This document shows positions 18,603 through 27,604 of a DNA stretch of 64,000 bases, piece after piece; the stretch's first letter is position 1, and each line of letters starts with the position of its first letter. The DNA is from Akkermansia muciniphila (GTDB lineage: Bacteria > Verrucomicrobiota > Verrucomicrobiia > Verrucomicrobiales > Verrucomicrobiaceae), in contig CAMAZK010000001.1 in the NCBI GenBank assembly GCA_945863205.1, positions 2,683 to 66,682 on the forward strand, read 5' to 3'. Under the pieces are notes generated by a model that was not told where the DNA came from, searched no databases, and saw only the letters and a program-made list of their open reading frames with translations. The position numbers and the translations under genes were made by a program.

Positions 18603-20876
18603 ATGCGCCCCGTTCTTCTCAGCCTCCTCGCCACGGTCGCCATCGCGGACCCCGCCGCGCTCTACCTCGACGGTCCGGAAGTCGTCAAACTCGACTGGAA
18701 CACCTTCAGTCCGCGTGCGGGCGACTTCAATGGCGACGGCCTGACCGATCTGGCCATCGTCAACGCCTCCCGCGCCCGCATCGAGTTCCTGCTTCAGCGC
18801 CAGGACGGCGTCCGCCCCGGCGATCCTGAAAAATCCGCCCGCACCGACCGCTGGAATCCCATTCTCGAAGTCTCGCGCTTCGACAAGCAACCGCTCGTCA
18901 TCGGTCGCGCCGCTTCCGCGCTCACCGTGGGCGACTGGAACGGCGACAAGAAATCCGACATCGCCTTCGTCAGCGACGACAACAAGCTCGTCCTCCGCAC
19001 GCAGGGCGAAAAGGCTGACTGGGGGCAAAAGCGCGAGTTCACGCTCGATTCCGTCGCGGATGACACGGAAACCCTCATCGCCCGCGATTTGAATGGCGAT
19101 GGCCGCGACGACATCGCCCTGCTCACCGGCACGCGGCTCATGGTGCTGCTGCAAAAAGCCGCCGGAAGCTGGGAGACGCCGCAAAACCACGCGCTCGGAG
19201 AAAGCGGCTGCGGAGGCCTCGCTGCCGCCGATCTCGACGGCGACGGTCGCGTGGACCTCTTTTACACCGCTGCGGAGGGTGATGCCCTGCTCGTGCGCCT
19301 GCAGCAGGACGGCACCGCTTTTGGCGAAGAGTGGCGGCTGGAGATCCCCGTGGCGCGTCACTGGCTGCACGCCGTGCGCCTCGGTGCCGGAAAGACCGGC
19401 CTCGCCTGGATTCAGGAGGAGACGAACATGGTCGAAGTCGCGAAACTGGCCCGCGGCAAGGCCGAGCCGAACGCCGATCACGCCGCCACCATTCGCCACG
19501 CCATGCCGCCTTCAGGCTCGAAAAGCGGAGCCGTCGTCTTTGGCGACCTCACCGGCGACGGTGCTGCGGACGTCCTCATGTCCGAGCCGAAAGCCGCACG
19601 CGTCTGGCTCTTTGAAGGCCGGCCAAACGGCACCTTCAGCGCCGGTCGCGAGTTTCCCGTGCTCAGCGGCGTCGAGTCCCTCGCCATCGCCGACGTGGAT
19701 GGCGATACGAAGCCCGATCTCGTCCTGCTAAGCCCCGGGGAGAAGGCCATCGGCGTTGCGAATTGGAAAAACAACCGCCTCACCTATCCCGAGATCGTTT
19801 ACCAGGCGAAGGAGGGGGAAACCCTCCTCGCGCTGACCACCGGATCGCTCGACGAGAAAGCCGGCCCCGCCATCCTCTGCGTCACCGAGATCAAGACCAA
19901 GCCGCAGCTCGTCACGCTGCGCAAAGCCGCCACCGGCAGGGCGCTGGTGGCCGCCACGCAGGAACTCGATGTCAAAACCGGCCGCATCAGCGGCGTCCGC
20001 ACCGTCGATGCCGATCAGGACGGGCGGGGAGACCTCGCCCTGTTCTCCAGCCTTGGTCCCATGCACCTGCTCCTGACCACGGGAGACGTCAAAACGCCCT
20101 TCAAGCGCGTCGAAGGCATCCCGGACACCTTTGTCAGCAAGATCGCTCCCTCAGCGCTCACCACCGGTGATCTCGACGGCGATGGCAAGGAAGAAATCAT
20201 CATCGCCCATCAGCAGCTCGCCCGTGCCTTCAAAGTCGATGCCAAAGGCAGGGCCGCCATCGTCGAGCAGTTCAATGCTCCCGATCCCGCCGCCGAGCTG
20301 CACAGCGCCCTCGTCTCCCGCCGTGACGGGAAGACCGCCATCGTCCTCATCGACGCCACCCACAGCAAGCTGCACGAACTCATCGCCGGTGACGACCGCG
20401 TCTATCGCGCCGACCACACCCACGCCCTGCCCGTTATGAAGCCGGAGAGCTGCGTGCTCATGAACGACAAGGACGGCACCCGCCTGCTGCTCCTCGGCCA
20501 GACCAGCTTTCAGATCACGCCGCTGGAGGGCCCCTCGCTGAAGCTCGAAACCGTCGCCAGCTTCGACAGTGAGCTGAAGGACACCGCGCCCACCGACCTC
20601 ATCGCCGCGTCCTTTTCCGGCGAAGACGCCGATGACATCGCCCTGCTCGACACCGCGAAAAGCCGCGTGATCGAGTTCTTCCAGCCCGCCGCCGGCATGA
20701 AGTGGCAGAGCGCCATGCACTTCCGCGTCTTCGAGACCGACCCGCACTTCCGCGGCAAGATGGGCCTCGCCGACGAGCCCCACGACTACACCGCCCTCGA
20801 CCTCGACAAGGACGGCCGCCTCGACCTCTGCCTCCTGGCTCACGACCGCGTGCTGCTTTATGTGCGGAAGAAGTAG
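18603..20876 (+). CDS. FG-GAP/VCBS repeat beta-propeller protein
   Basis: About 10 DxxGDGxxD-type repeats (GDFNGDGLTD, DLNGDGRDD, DLDGDGRVD and others); signal peptide. Confidence 0.85.
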   Translation: MRPVLLSLLATVAIADPAALYLDGPEVVKLDWNTFSPRAGDFNGDGLTDLAIVNASRARIEFLLQRQDGVRPGDPEKSARTDRWNPILEVSRFDKQPLVIGRAASALTVGDWNGDKKSDIAFVSDDNKLVLRTQGEKADWGQKREFTLDSVADDTETLIARDLNGDGRDDIALLTGTRLMVLLQKAAGSWETPQNHALGESGCGGLAAADLDGDGRVDLFYTAAEGDALLVRLQQDGTAFGEEWRLEIPVARHWLHAVRLGAGKTGLAWIQEETNMVEVAKLARGKAEPNADHAATIRHAMPPSGSKSGAVVFGDLTGDGAADVLMSEPKAARVWLFEGRPNGTFSAGREFPVLSGVESLAIADVDGDTKPDLVLLSPGEKAIGVANWKNNRLTYPEIVYQAKEGETLLALTTGSLDEKAGPAILCVTEIKTKPQLVTLRKAATGRALVAATQELDVKTGRISGVRTVDADQDGRGDLALFSSLGPMHLLLTTGDVKTPFKRVEGIPDTFVSKIAPSALTTGDLDGDGKEEIIIAHQQLARAFKVDAKGRAAIVEQFNAPDPAAELHSALVSRRDGKTAIVLIDATHSKLHELIAGDDRVYRADHTHALPVMKPESCVLMNDKDGTRLLLLGQTSFQITPLEGPSLKLETVASFDSELKDTAPTDLIAASFSGEDADDIALLDTAKSRVIEFFQPAAGMKWQSAMHFRVFETDPHFRGKMGLADEPHDYTALDLDKDGRLDLCLLAHDRVLLYVRKK

Positions 20877-20930
20877 CCGGCCCCTTCAGAGGCTTGCGCA
20901 GGCCGAAATCATGCCTGACATCATGCGCGC

Positions 20931-22211
20931 ATGAAACGCCTCTACCGCAACGCCCAGATCGCCAGCGAAGACTCGCCGAAGCTCCAGACCGCCGACGTGC
21001 TCGTCGAGGGCGACAAAATCATCGGAGTGGCCGCGAACATCACCGGCGTCGATAACGCGGAGATCATCGACTGCACCGGCCGCATCCTGCTTCCCGGACT
21101 CTTCGACATCCATGTCCACGCCCGCGAACCCGGCCAGGACGATAAGGAGAACATCGCTACCTGCGCCGAGGCGGCCATCAACGGCGGCGTCACCGGCTTC
21201 GTCATGATGCCGAACACCTCGCCCGCCATCGACAACGCAGGCGTCGTCCGCAGCGTGCTCGAAAGCGCCCGCCGCACCCGCATCGGCTCCGGCATTTCCA
21301 CGACGGGCGCGATCACCAAAGGCCGCAAAGGCGAGGAGCTCGCCGGCATCGCCGGCATGAAGGCCGCCGGTGCCGTGATGCTCACCGACGATGGATCTCC
21401 CGTGGACAATCCGCAGGTTCTCCGCCGCGCCATGGAATACGCGCGCGAGTTCGACATCCCCATCGCGAGTCATTGCGAGGTCAAGGAACTCAGCGGCAAG
21501 GGCTGCATGCACGAGGGCAAGATCAGCTACGCGCTCGGCCTGCCCGGCATTCCCGCCATCAGCGAGGAGGTCTGCATCGCCCGCGACATCCGCCTCGCCG
21601 AATTCACCGGGGTGCACCTCCACATCCAGCACGTCAGCACCGAGCGTGGCATGGGCACCATCAAGCGCGCCAAAGACCGCGGCATCCGTGTCACCTGCGA
21701 GATCGCGCCGCACCATCTTCTCTTCAATCACGAGCACATCGGCGACTACGACACGCACTACAAAATTAACCCGCCGCTGCGCACGCCGGAAGACAACGCA
21801 GCGCTGCTTCAGGGCCTCAAAGACGGCTGGTTCGACGTCATCGCCACCGACCACGCGCCGCACACGCCCTTCGAGAAGAATCAAGACTTCGCCAGCGCCC
21901 CCTTCGGCATCACCGGCCTAGAAACCGCCCTCGTCTCGTTCTACGACCTCTTCATCAGCAAGGACATCCTCGACTGGGCTCTCATCGTGAAGCGCTACAG
22001 CGCCGAACCACGCCGCCTCATGAAACTCCCGCCCGTGCCGGTCAAAGAAGGCGGCATCGCCGAGTTCATCCTCTTCAATCCCGCCCGCACCACGACCTTC
22101 AGCCGCCAGTTCATGAAATCGAAGAGCAGCAACACGCCCTTCCTTGATCAGACGCTGCAAGGCATGGTCGAGCGCGTGGTCTATCGCGGCGAGGAGCTGC
22201 TGGTGAGGTAA
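20931..22211 (+). CDS. pyrC: dihydroorotase (multifunctional-complex type)
   Basis: DIHVHAREPG, MPNT, HIQHVS, KINPPLR, ATDHAPH, PFGITGLET. Confidence 0.92.
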   Translation: MKRLYRNAQIASEDSPKLQTADVLVEGDKIIGVAANITGVDNAEIIDCTGRILLPGLFDIHVHAREPGQDDKENIATCAEAAINGGVTGFVMMPNTSPAIDNAGVVRSVLESARRTRIGSGISTTGAITKGRKGEELAGIAGMKAAGAVMLTDDGSPVDNPQVLRRAMEYAREFDIPIASHCEVKELSGKGCMHEGKISYALGLPGIPAISEEVCIARDIRLAEFTGVHLHIQHVSTERGMGTIKRAKDRGIRVTCEIAPHHLLFNHEHIGDYDTHYKINPPLRTPEDNAALLQGLKDGWFDVIATDHAPHTPFEKNQDFASAPFGITGLETALVSFYDLFISKDILDWALIVKRYSAEPRRLMKLPPVPVKEGGIAEFILFNPARTTTFSRQFMKSKSSNTPFLDQTLQGMVERVVYRGEELLVR

Positions 22212-22267
22212 AAGCGGACCGCCACACTTATGCAGCCACAGCCGGAAACCTGACTGGAGTGCGTAGC

Positions 22268-22918
22268 CTACCGCAGCAGACGTCTAAACAAATCCCCCAG
22301 ATCCGGGCGCTTTCCTGTTTCGTTTTGCCCTTGAGGACTCTGCGGTGGCGGAATGAAGGGTGCGGCCGGCACCAATGACGGTGATGGCGGCTGCCTCTGC
22401 TGCGAGGAACGGCTGCCACGGTATGGGTATCCCCCGCCAGCCGGCGTTGGCTTCTGCACGCGCGGATTGCGGAACCCCAGTCGGGCCAGCGAGTCCATGT
22501 GTCCGGAAACCTTCACAAAGTAAGGTTCAAGGCTCTGGCCGTATCCTGTTTCGTCCGCCTGCATCCAGCTGTTCACCAGGCCGTATTCCAGAATGAAAAA
22601 AGTGCGGTACAAATCGTTGGTCTCTGCTCTTGCATAAGCTTGCTGCTTGAGCGTCTTGGCATCGTTCATCAGGGCGGTCAAGACACCCAGCAGTTCCCTC
22701 TCTGACGCCGCCGCCACCACCCCGGCGCGCGAGTCCAGATAATTGTCGAGCGCCTCTCGCAACTGCAGAGTGGAATCCTCCAGATTGTTGATTTCGCTGG
22801 CCACGGTTCCCTGTTGCAGGTCAGCGTTGCCACGGCGGAACAACTGGGCATTAGCAGACGGGGTCCACACATTGAGAAAAATGCAAAAAGCAGCGAAGCG
22901 AATGAGGGGAAATTTCAT
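22268..22918 (-). CDS. secreted hypothetical protein with Pro-rich C-terminus
   Basis: Signal peptide ending ANA-Q; lower GC than its neighbours. Confidence 0.6.
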   Translation of the reverse strand: MKFPLIRFAAFCIFLNVWTPSANAQLFRRGNADLQQGTVASEINNLEDSTLQLREALDNYLDSRAGVVAAASERELLGVLTALMNDAKTLKQQAYARAETNDLYRTFFILEYGLVNSWMQADETGYGQSLEPYFVKVSGHMDSLARLGFRNPRVQKPTPAGGGYPYRGSRSSQQRQPPSPSLVPAAPFIPPPQSPQGQNETGKRPDLGDLFRRLLR

Positions 22919-23054
22919 GGAGTAGGAGCTGGTATCGACTCACAATGAGACTATTCGTCCGTCTCTCCGACAACAAGCGATAATATGATGGCCTTCGGGC
23001 CACCTCTGGAAAGAGACCTGATACCCAGCCACCGTGGCATCAGTGCCCCTGACC

Positions 23055-23071
23055 TTTACACTGCGTTTACA
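23055..23071. promoter_or_regulatory. OmpR/PhoB-family-type direct repeat upstream of the vWA operon
   Basis: TTTACA-ctgcg-TTTACA (11-bp period), ending 33 bp before ATG 23105. Confidence 0.5.
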
Positions 23072-23104
23072 GACGCCTGATCCCGCCTGAATCATCGTGG
23101 CGGC

Positions 23105-25240
23105 ATGAAGACGATTCTTTGTGCTCTCTTTCTCGCCACGAACCTGATCGCGCAAAACGCGTGGATCTCACCCAACACCCGCCTCATTCACACACAGGCG
23201 GTTCAGGTGACGCAAGTCGATGCCCGCATCGACCTCGCGGATCAAATCGCCACCACGACGCTCGACATTGCGCTGCGCAATCCGACCAGCCGACCGCTGG
23301 AGTCGGAGTTGCTCGTTCCCGTGCCGCAGGGGGCCGTTTTGAAGGCTTTTGCCTTTGAAGGCGGCTATGCGGAGGGGACCGCCCGCCTGCTGCCGCGTGA
23401 TGAGGCGCGCCGCATCTACGACAGCATCGTGGCCCAGACGCGTGATCCGGCGCTGCTGGAGTTTGTGGGTAATGCGGTGGTGAAATCGAGCGTGTTTCCT
23501 GTTCCGGCCAACGGCACGCAGAAAGTCCGCGTGACGTATGAGCAACTGCTCGAAACGGACGGTGCTCGGCTCGACTACGTCCTGCCGCGTTCGGAGGCAG
23601 TGGAGTATGTCGTGCCGTGGAAGCTCTCCGTGCGCGTCAAATCCACCTGGCGCATCGCTTCGGTGTATTCGCCGAGTCATGAGATCGCGGTGAAACAGTC
23701 GAATGAACGCGAAGCGAGTCTTTCCTGCGCGACCAAAGACCCGGGCGCCTTTCGTGTGTCCTTGCTGCGCGAAACGAAGGACGAAATGACCGCCTCCCTG
23801 CTCGCTTATCCGGATCCGAAGATCGGCGGCGGCTATTTTCTCGTCATGATCGCCCCGCCGAAGCCGAAGGCGGATGCGAAACCGATCAAACGCGAGGTCA
23901 CACTCGTCATCGACCGCAGCGGCAGCATGGCCGGACCGAAGCTCGATCAGGTCAAAGCCGCCGCATTGCAGGTGATCGAGGGCTTGGAGGACGGCGAAGG
24001 ATTCAACCTCATCGTTTACAACGAAGCGGTCGAGATGTTCGCCGCGCAGCCCGTCCTCAAGAACGCGCAGACGACGCAGCAGGCCCGCGACTACATCAGC
24101 GCCCTGCGGGTGAGCGGCGGCACGAACATTCATGACTCCATCGTCGAAGCGCTGCGTCAGAAGCCGGTCGCAGGCATGTTGCCCATCGTCCTGTTCCTCA
24201 CCGACGGTCTGCCGACCATCGGCCAGACCTCGGAGAAGGCGATTCGCGAGGCCGTGGCGAAGGGAAACCCGCATCAGCGTCGCGTCTTCACTTTCGGCGT
24301 CGGCGTGGATGTGAACACGCCGCTGCTCTCACGCATCGCCCGCGAAACCCGCGCCAGCGCCGAGTTCGTACTGCCAAAGGAAGACGTGGAGGTCAAAGTC
24401 AGCCGCGTCTTCGAGCGTCTGCGCGGTCCGCTGCTCACCCGGCCGGTGTTGCGTGTCCTCGATGATCCGAATCGTGTGAGCGACCTGATTCCCTCGCCGT
24501 TGCCCGATGTGTTTCAGGGCGAGCAGATTCTCCTCTCCGGCACCTACCGCGGAGAAGCGCCACTGCACTTCCAGCTCACCGGCGCATCGGCGGAAGGCGA
24601 GCGGAAGTTCGATTTCACCTTCAATCTCGACAAAGCCAGCACCGCGAACGCCTTCGTGGCCCGCTTGTGGGCCAGCAACAAGATCGCCGTGCTCAGCGAG
24701 GCGATTCGCGATCTCGGCGCGGATGGCGCGACCGCGAACACGACCGAGCTGGTGAACGAAATCGTCCGCCTCTCGACGCAGTTTGGCATCCTCACCGAAT
24801 ACACCGCCTTCCTCGCCGAAGAAGGCACCTCACTCGCCGCCTCACCGGCGAATGCGACCCGCGCCAGCACCGTTTACAACGACAAGGCGATGAAAACACG
24901 CAGCGGAGTCGCCTCCGTCTCGCAGTCCGAGAATTTGCAGAAGTCCGCTGAGTCGAAGCAGCTCAACGTTCGCAATCGCTACCTCGATGCCAAGATGGAA
25001 GCCGTTGAGATCACCAGCGTGCAGCAGTGCCAGGCCGGCGCGCTCTTCAACAAAGGCAACCGCTGGACCGATGCGAACGCCGCGAGGGCCGAACGTGCAC
25101 ACGACCGCACCGTCGAGATCGGCAGCGCCGAATTTGGCCGCCTTGTCGATGAACTCGCCTCCGACAACCGCCAAGGCCTGCTCGCGCTGCGTGGCGAGCT
25201 GCTGCTCGAGCATCGCGGCCAGATCGTGCTCGTCCGCTGA
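23105..25240 (+). CDS. secreted VIT + vWA domain protein
   Basis: Signal peptide, VIT region (RDPALLEF), MIDAS DRSGS, GGTN, LTDG, LWA..KI. Confidence 0.88.
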   Translation: MKTILCALFLATNLIAQNAWISPNTRLIHTQAVQVTQVDARIDLADQIATTTLDIALRNPTSRPLESELLVPVPQGAVLKAFAFEGGYAEGTARLLPRDEARRIYDSIVAQTRDPALLEFVGNAVVKSSVFPVPANGTQKVRVTYEQLLETDGARLDYVLPRSEAVEYVVPWKLSVRVKSTWRIASVYSPSHEIAVKQSNEREASLSCATKDPGAFRVSLLRETKDEMTASLLAYPDPKIGGGYFLVMIAPPKPKADAKPIKREVTLVIDRSGSMAGPKLDQVKAAALQVIEGLEDGEGFNLIVYNEAVEMFAAQPVLKNAQTTQQARDYISALRVSGGTNIHDSIVEALRQKPVAGMLPIVLFLTDGLPTIGQTSEKAIREAVAKGNPHQRRVFTFGVGVDVNTPLLSRIARETRASAEFVLPKEDVEVKVSRVFERLRGPLLTRPVLRVLDDPNRVSDLIPSPLPDVFQGEQILLSGTYRGEAPLHFQLTGASAEGERKFDFTFNLDKASTANAFVARLWASNKIAVLSEAIRDLGADGATANTTELVNEIVRLSTQFGILTEYTAFLAEEGTSLAASPANATRASTVYNDKAMKTRSGVASVSQSENLQKSAESKQLNVRNRYLDAKMEAVEITSVQQCQAGALFNKGNRWTDANAARAERAHDRTVEIGSAEFGRLVDELASDNRQGLLALRGELLLEHRGQIVLVR

Positions 25241-25271
25241 CCTTTCTCCCGAACCCAACACACCCACATCC

Positions 25272-26432
25272 ATGAAAACGAAACACATCCTCATCGTCGC
25301 GGCTCTGACCGCCTGCATCGCCACCGCCAAAGACCTCCAGCCGCCCGCACCCGTGGCGGAAGTCGCCCCCGTGAACTCCGCGCCCGACACGCCCGTCGTC
25401 CAGATCGCCGTGCTGCTCGACACCAGCAGCAGCATGAGCGGCCTCATCGAGCAGGCGAAGACGCAGCTTTGGAAGCTCGTGAACGAATTCATCACCGCCA
25501 AGCAGGACGGCAAGACGCCCGTCGTGCAGGTGGCGCTCTATGAATACGGCAAGTCCTCGCTGCGTGCCGAAGAGAACTGGATTCGCCAGATTCAGCCGCT
25601 CACGCGGGACCTCGACAAGATCTCCGAAGAGCTCTTCGCCCTCACCACCAACGGCGGCGATGAATACTGCGGTGCCGTGATCCAGCGTGCGACCAAGGAC
25701 CTCGCCTGGGATGCGAACCCGAAGGTGTACAAAGCCGTCTTCATCGCCGGCAACGAACCTTTCACCCAGGGGCCTGTCGATTCGAAGAAGAGCTGCCAGG
25801 AGGCGATTGGGAAGGGCATCATCGTGAACACCATTCACTGCGGCAGCGAGTCGCAGGGCATCGCGGAGCATTGGAATCAGGGTGCCCTGCTCGCTGACGG
25901 CAAATACCTCGTCATCGACCAGAACCAGGCCATCGTTCACATCGAGGCGCCACAAGACAAGGAAATCGTGAAGCTCAACGAGGAGCTGAACAAGACCTAC
26001 ATCAGTTACGGCAAGGAAGCGCCCGCAGCGAAGACCCGCCAGATGGCCCAGGACAGCAACGCCGCCGCCAAGGCAGAATCCGGCGCGCAGGTGCAGCGCG
26101 TGATCAGCAAGGCCAGCGCGAACTACTTCAACACCGGTTGGGACCTCGTCGATGCCTGCAAGCAGAAGGACTTCGACATCACCAAGGTTAAGGAGGCCGA
26201 TCTGCCGGAGGAAATGAAGAAAATGACCGTCGAGGAACGCAAAGACTACCTCGCCAAGAAAACCGCCGAGCGTGAGGAGATTCAGAAGAAGGTGCTCGAG
26301 CTGAACAAGCAGCGCGAAGCCTACGTCACCACGAAACGCAAGGAGTCCGCCACGACCGACACCCTCGACACCGCGATGGTGAAGGCTCTGCGCACGCAGG
26401 CCGAGAAAAAAGGCATCGCGTGGGAGAAATAG
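25272..26432 (+). CDS. secreted vWA domain protein
   Basis: Signal peptide, LLDTSSSMSGLI (DxSxS), TNGGDEYCG, IAGNE, coiled-coil C-terminus. Confidence 0.85.
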   Translation: MKTKHILIVAALTACIATAKDLQPPAPVAEVAPVNSAPDTPVVQIAVLLDTSSSMSGLIEQAKTQLWKLVNEFITAKQDGKTPVVQVALYEYGKSSLRAEENWIRQIQPLTRDLDKISEELFALTTNGGDEYCGAVIQRATKDLAWDANPKVYKAVFIAGNEPFTQGPVDSKKSCQEAIGKGIIVNTIHCGSESQGIAEHWNQGALLADGKYLVIDQNQAIVHIEAPQDKEIVKLNEELNKTYISYGKEAPAAKTRQMAQDSNAAAKAESGAQVQRVISKASANYFNTGWDLVDACKQKDFDITKVKEADLPEEMKKMTVEERKDYLAKKTAEREEIQKKVLELNKQREAYVTTKRKESATTDTLDTAMVKALRTQAEKKGIAWEK

Positions 26433-26450
26433 ACCCGTTACCCTTCCGCC

Positions 26451-27137
26451 ATGGCTTCCACCATCCTCGTTGTTGAAGACGACGCCGCGATTCGTCGCGG
26501 CGTCCTGGATGCGCTCAAGTTCGCCGGTCACACGACGCTTGAGGCTGGGGATGGTGACAAAGGCCTGAAGCTGGCCCTCAGCGCCACCTTTGACCTCATG
26601 CTGCTCGATCTCGTGCTGCCGCATGCGAGCGGCTTCGACATTCTGAAAGCTCTACGGCGTGAACGGCCCGGAACACCGGTGATCATCCTCTCGGCGCGCG
26701 GTGAGGAAAATGATCGCGTGCGCGGCCTGCGCCTCGGTGCCGACGACTACGTGGTGAAGCCCTTCAGCGTGCGTGAAATGCTTGCCCGCGTCGAAGCTGT
26801 GCTGCGTCGCGCTCCGGAACGCCAGCCCGTGAGCGAAACACTCACGCTGGCCGTGGCGACCATCGATTTCGGTCAAAGCGTGGCCCGTTTCGAGAACGGT
26901 GAAAGCGCCGAACTGTCCGAACGCGAGCGTGACGTGCTGCGCTACCTCGCCTTGAACCGAGGACGACCTGTTTCACGCGAGGAACTGCTGCAACGCGTCT
27001 GGCACATCGACAACAAGCAGACCGAAACGCGTACGGTGGACATGCACATCGCCAACCTTCGCCACAAATTGCGCGATGATGCCGAGTCACCGCGCGTGAT
27101 CGTCACGATTCGCGGCAAGGGGTACCAACTGACATGA
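26451..27137 (+). CDS. OmpR-family response regulator
   Basis: VEDD, LLDLVLP, GADDYVVKPF, TRTVDMHI, TIRGKGY. Confidence 0.95.
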   Translation: MASTILVVEDDAAIRRGVLDALKFAGHTTLEAGDGDKGLKLALSATFDLMLLDLVLPHASGFDILKALRRERPGTPVIILSARGEENDRVRGLRLGADDYVVKPFSVREMLARVEAVLRRAPERQPVSETLTLAVATIDFGQSVARFENGESAELSERERDVLRYLALNRGRPVSREELLQRVWHIDNKQTETRTVDMHIANLRHKLRDDAESPRVIVTIRGKGYQLT

Positions 27138-27599
27138 GAGTTCTCGGTTCTCGGTTCGCAGTTTCAATCCAAGTTTATGAGCATTCGACGATTTGAGGAT
27201 ATCGAGAGCTGGCAAATGGGCCGGCAGCTTTCCCGGCAGGTGTATGAAGTCGTGCGTGATTCTGCCTTGGAACGCCACTTCTCGCTCAAAGACCAGATGC
27301 TTCGTTCGGCAGGGTCGATCATGGACAATATCGCCGAAGGCTTTGATGCGGGCAGCAACCGCGAGTTCGTGAAGTTCCTTCAGGACTCCAAACGCTCGTG
27401 CACTGAGCTGCAAAGCCAGCTTTATCGCTGCCTGGATCAAGAGTATGTGACCGAGGAGAAGTTCCGACAGCTATTCGAGCAGGCGGAGAACACCAAGAAC
27501 AAGATTGGAGCCTTCCTCCAATACCTCACGAGAAACCTGGATCATCGAACTGTCGGACAGCCTCTGTAACAGCGAACCGAGAACTGAGAACAGCGAACT
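27138..27599. mobile_element. four-helix-bundle cassette bounded by heptamer-built inverted repeats (mobility inferred)
   Basis: Left GAGTTCTCGGTTCTCGGTTCGCAGTT (27138-27163); right AACAGCGAACCGAGAACTGAGAACAGCGAACT (27568-27599). Confidence 0.55.
27177..27569 (+). CDS. four helix bundle protein (23S rRNA IVP / TIGR02436 family)
   Basis: FEDIESWQ, DQMLRSAGSIMDNIAEGF, EFVKFL, ELQSQLY. Confidence 0.9.
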   Translation: MSIRRFEDIESWQMGRQLSRQVYEVVRDSALERHFSLKDQMLRSAGSIMDNIAEGFDAGSNREFVKFLQDSKRSCTELQSQLYRCLDQEYVTEEKFRQLFEQAENTKNKIGAFLQYLTRNLDHRTVGQPL

Positions 27600-27604
27600 A
27601 ATTC

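Noticed and set aside
16643-18643. Long antisense ORFs (666 aa here; also 52589-54619, 25047-26624, 49223-50551)
   Set aside because: Typical stop-poor shadow frames opposite real genes in GC-rich DNA; no motifs.
18603-20876. Recurrent GACGGCGA-like nucleotide motifs as a possible CRISPR or DGR repeat
   Set aside because: They encode FG-GAP calcium-binding repeats; no constant repeat-spacer period, and no cas or reverse transcriptase gene.
27177-27569. Diversity-generating retroelement (Avd-like gene)
   Set aside because: No reverse transcriptase and no template/variable repeat pair seen in the window.
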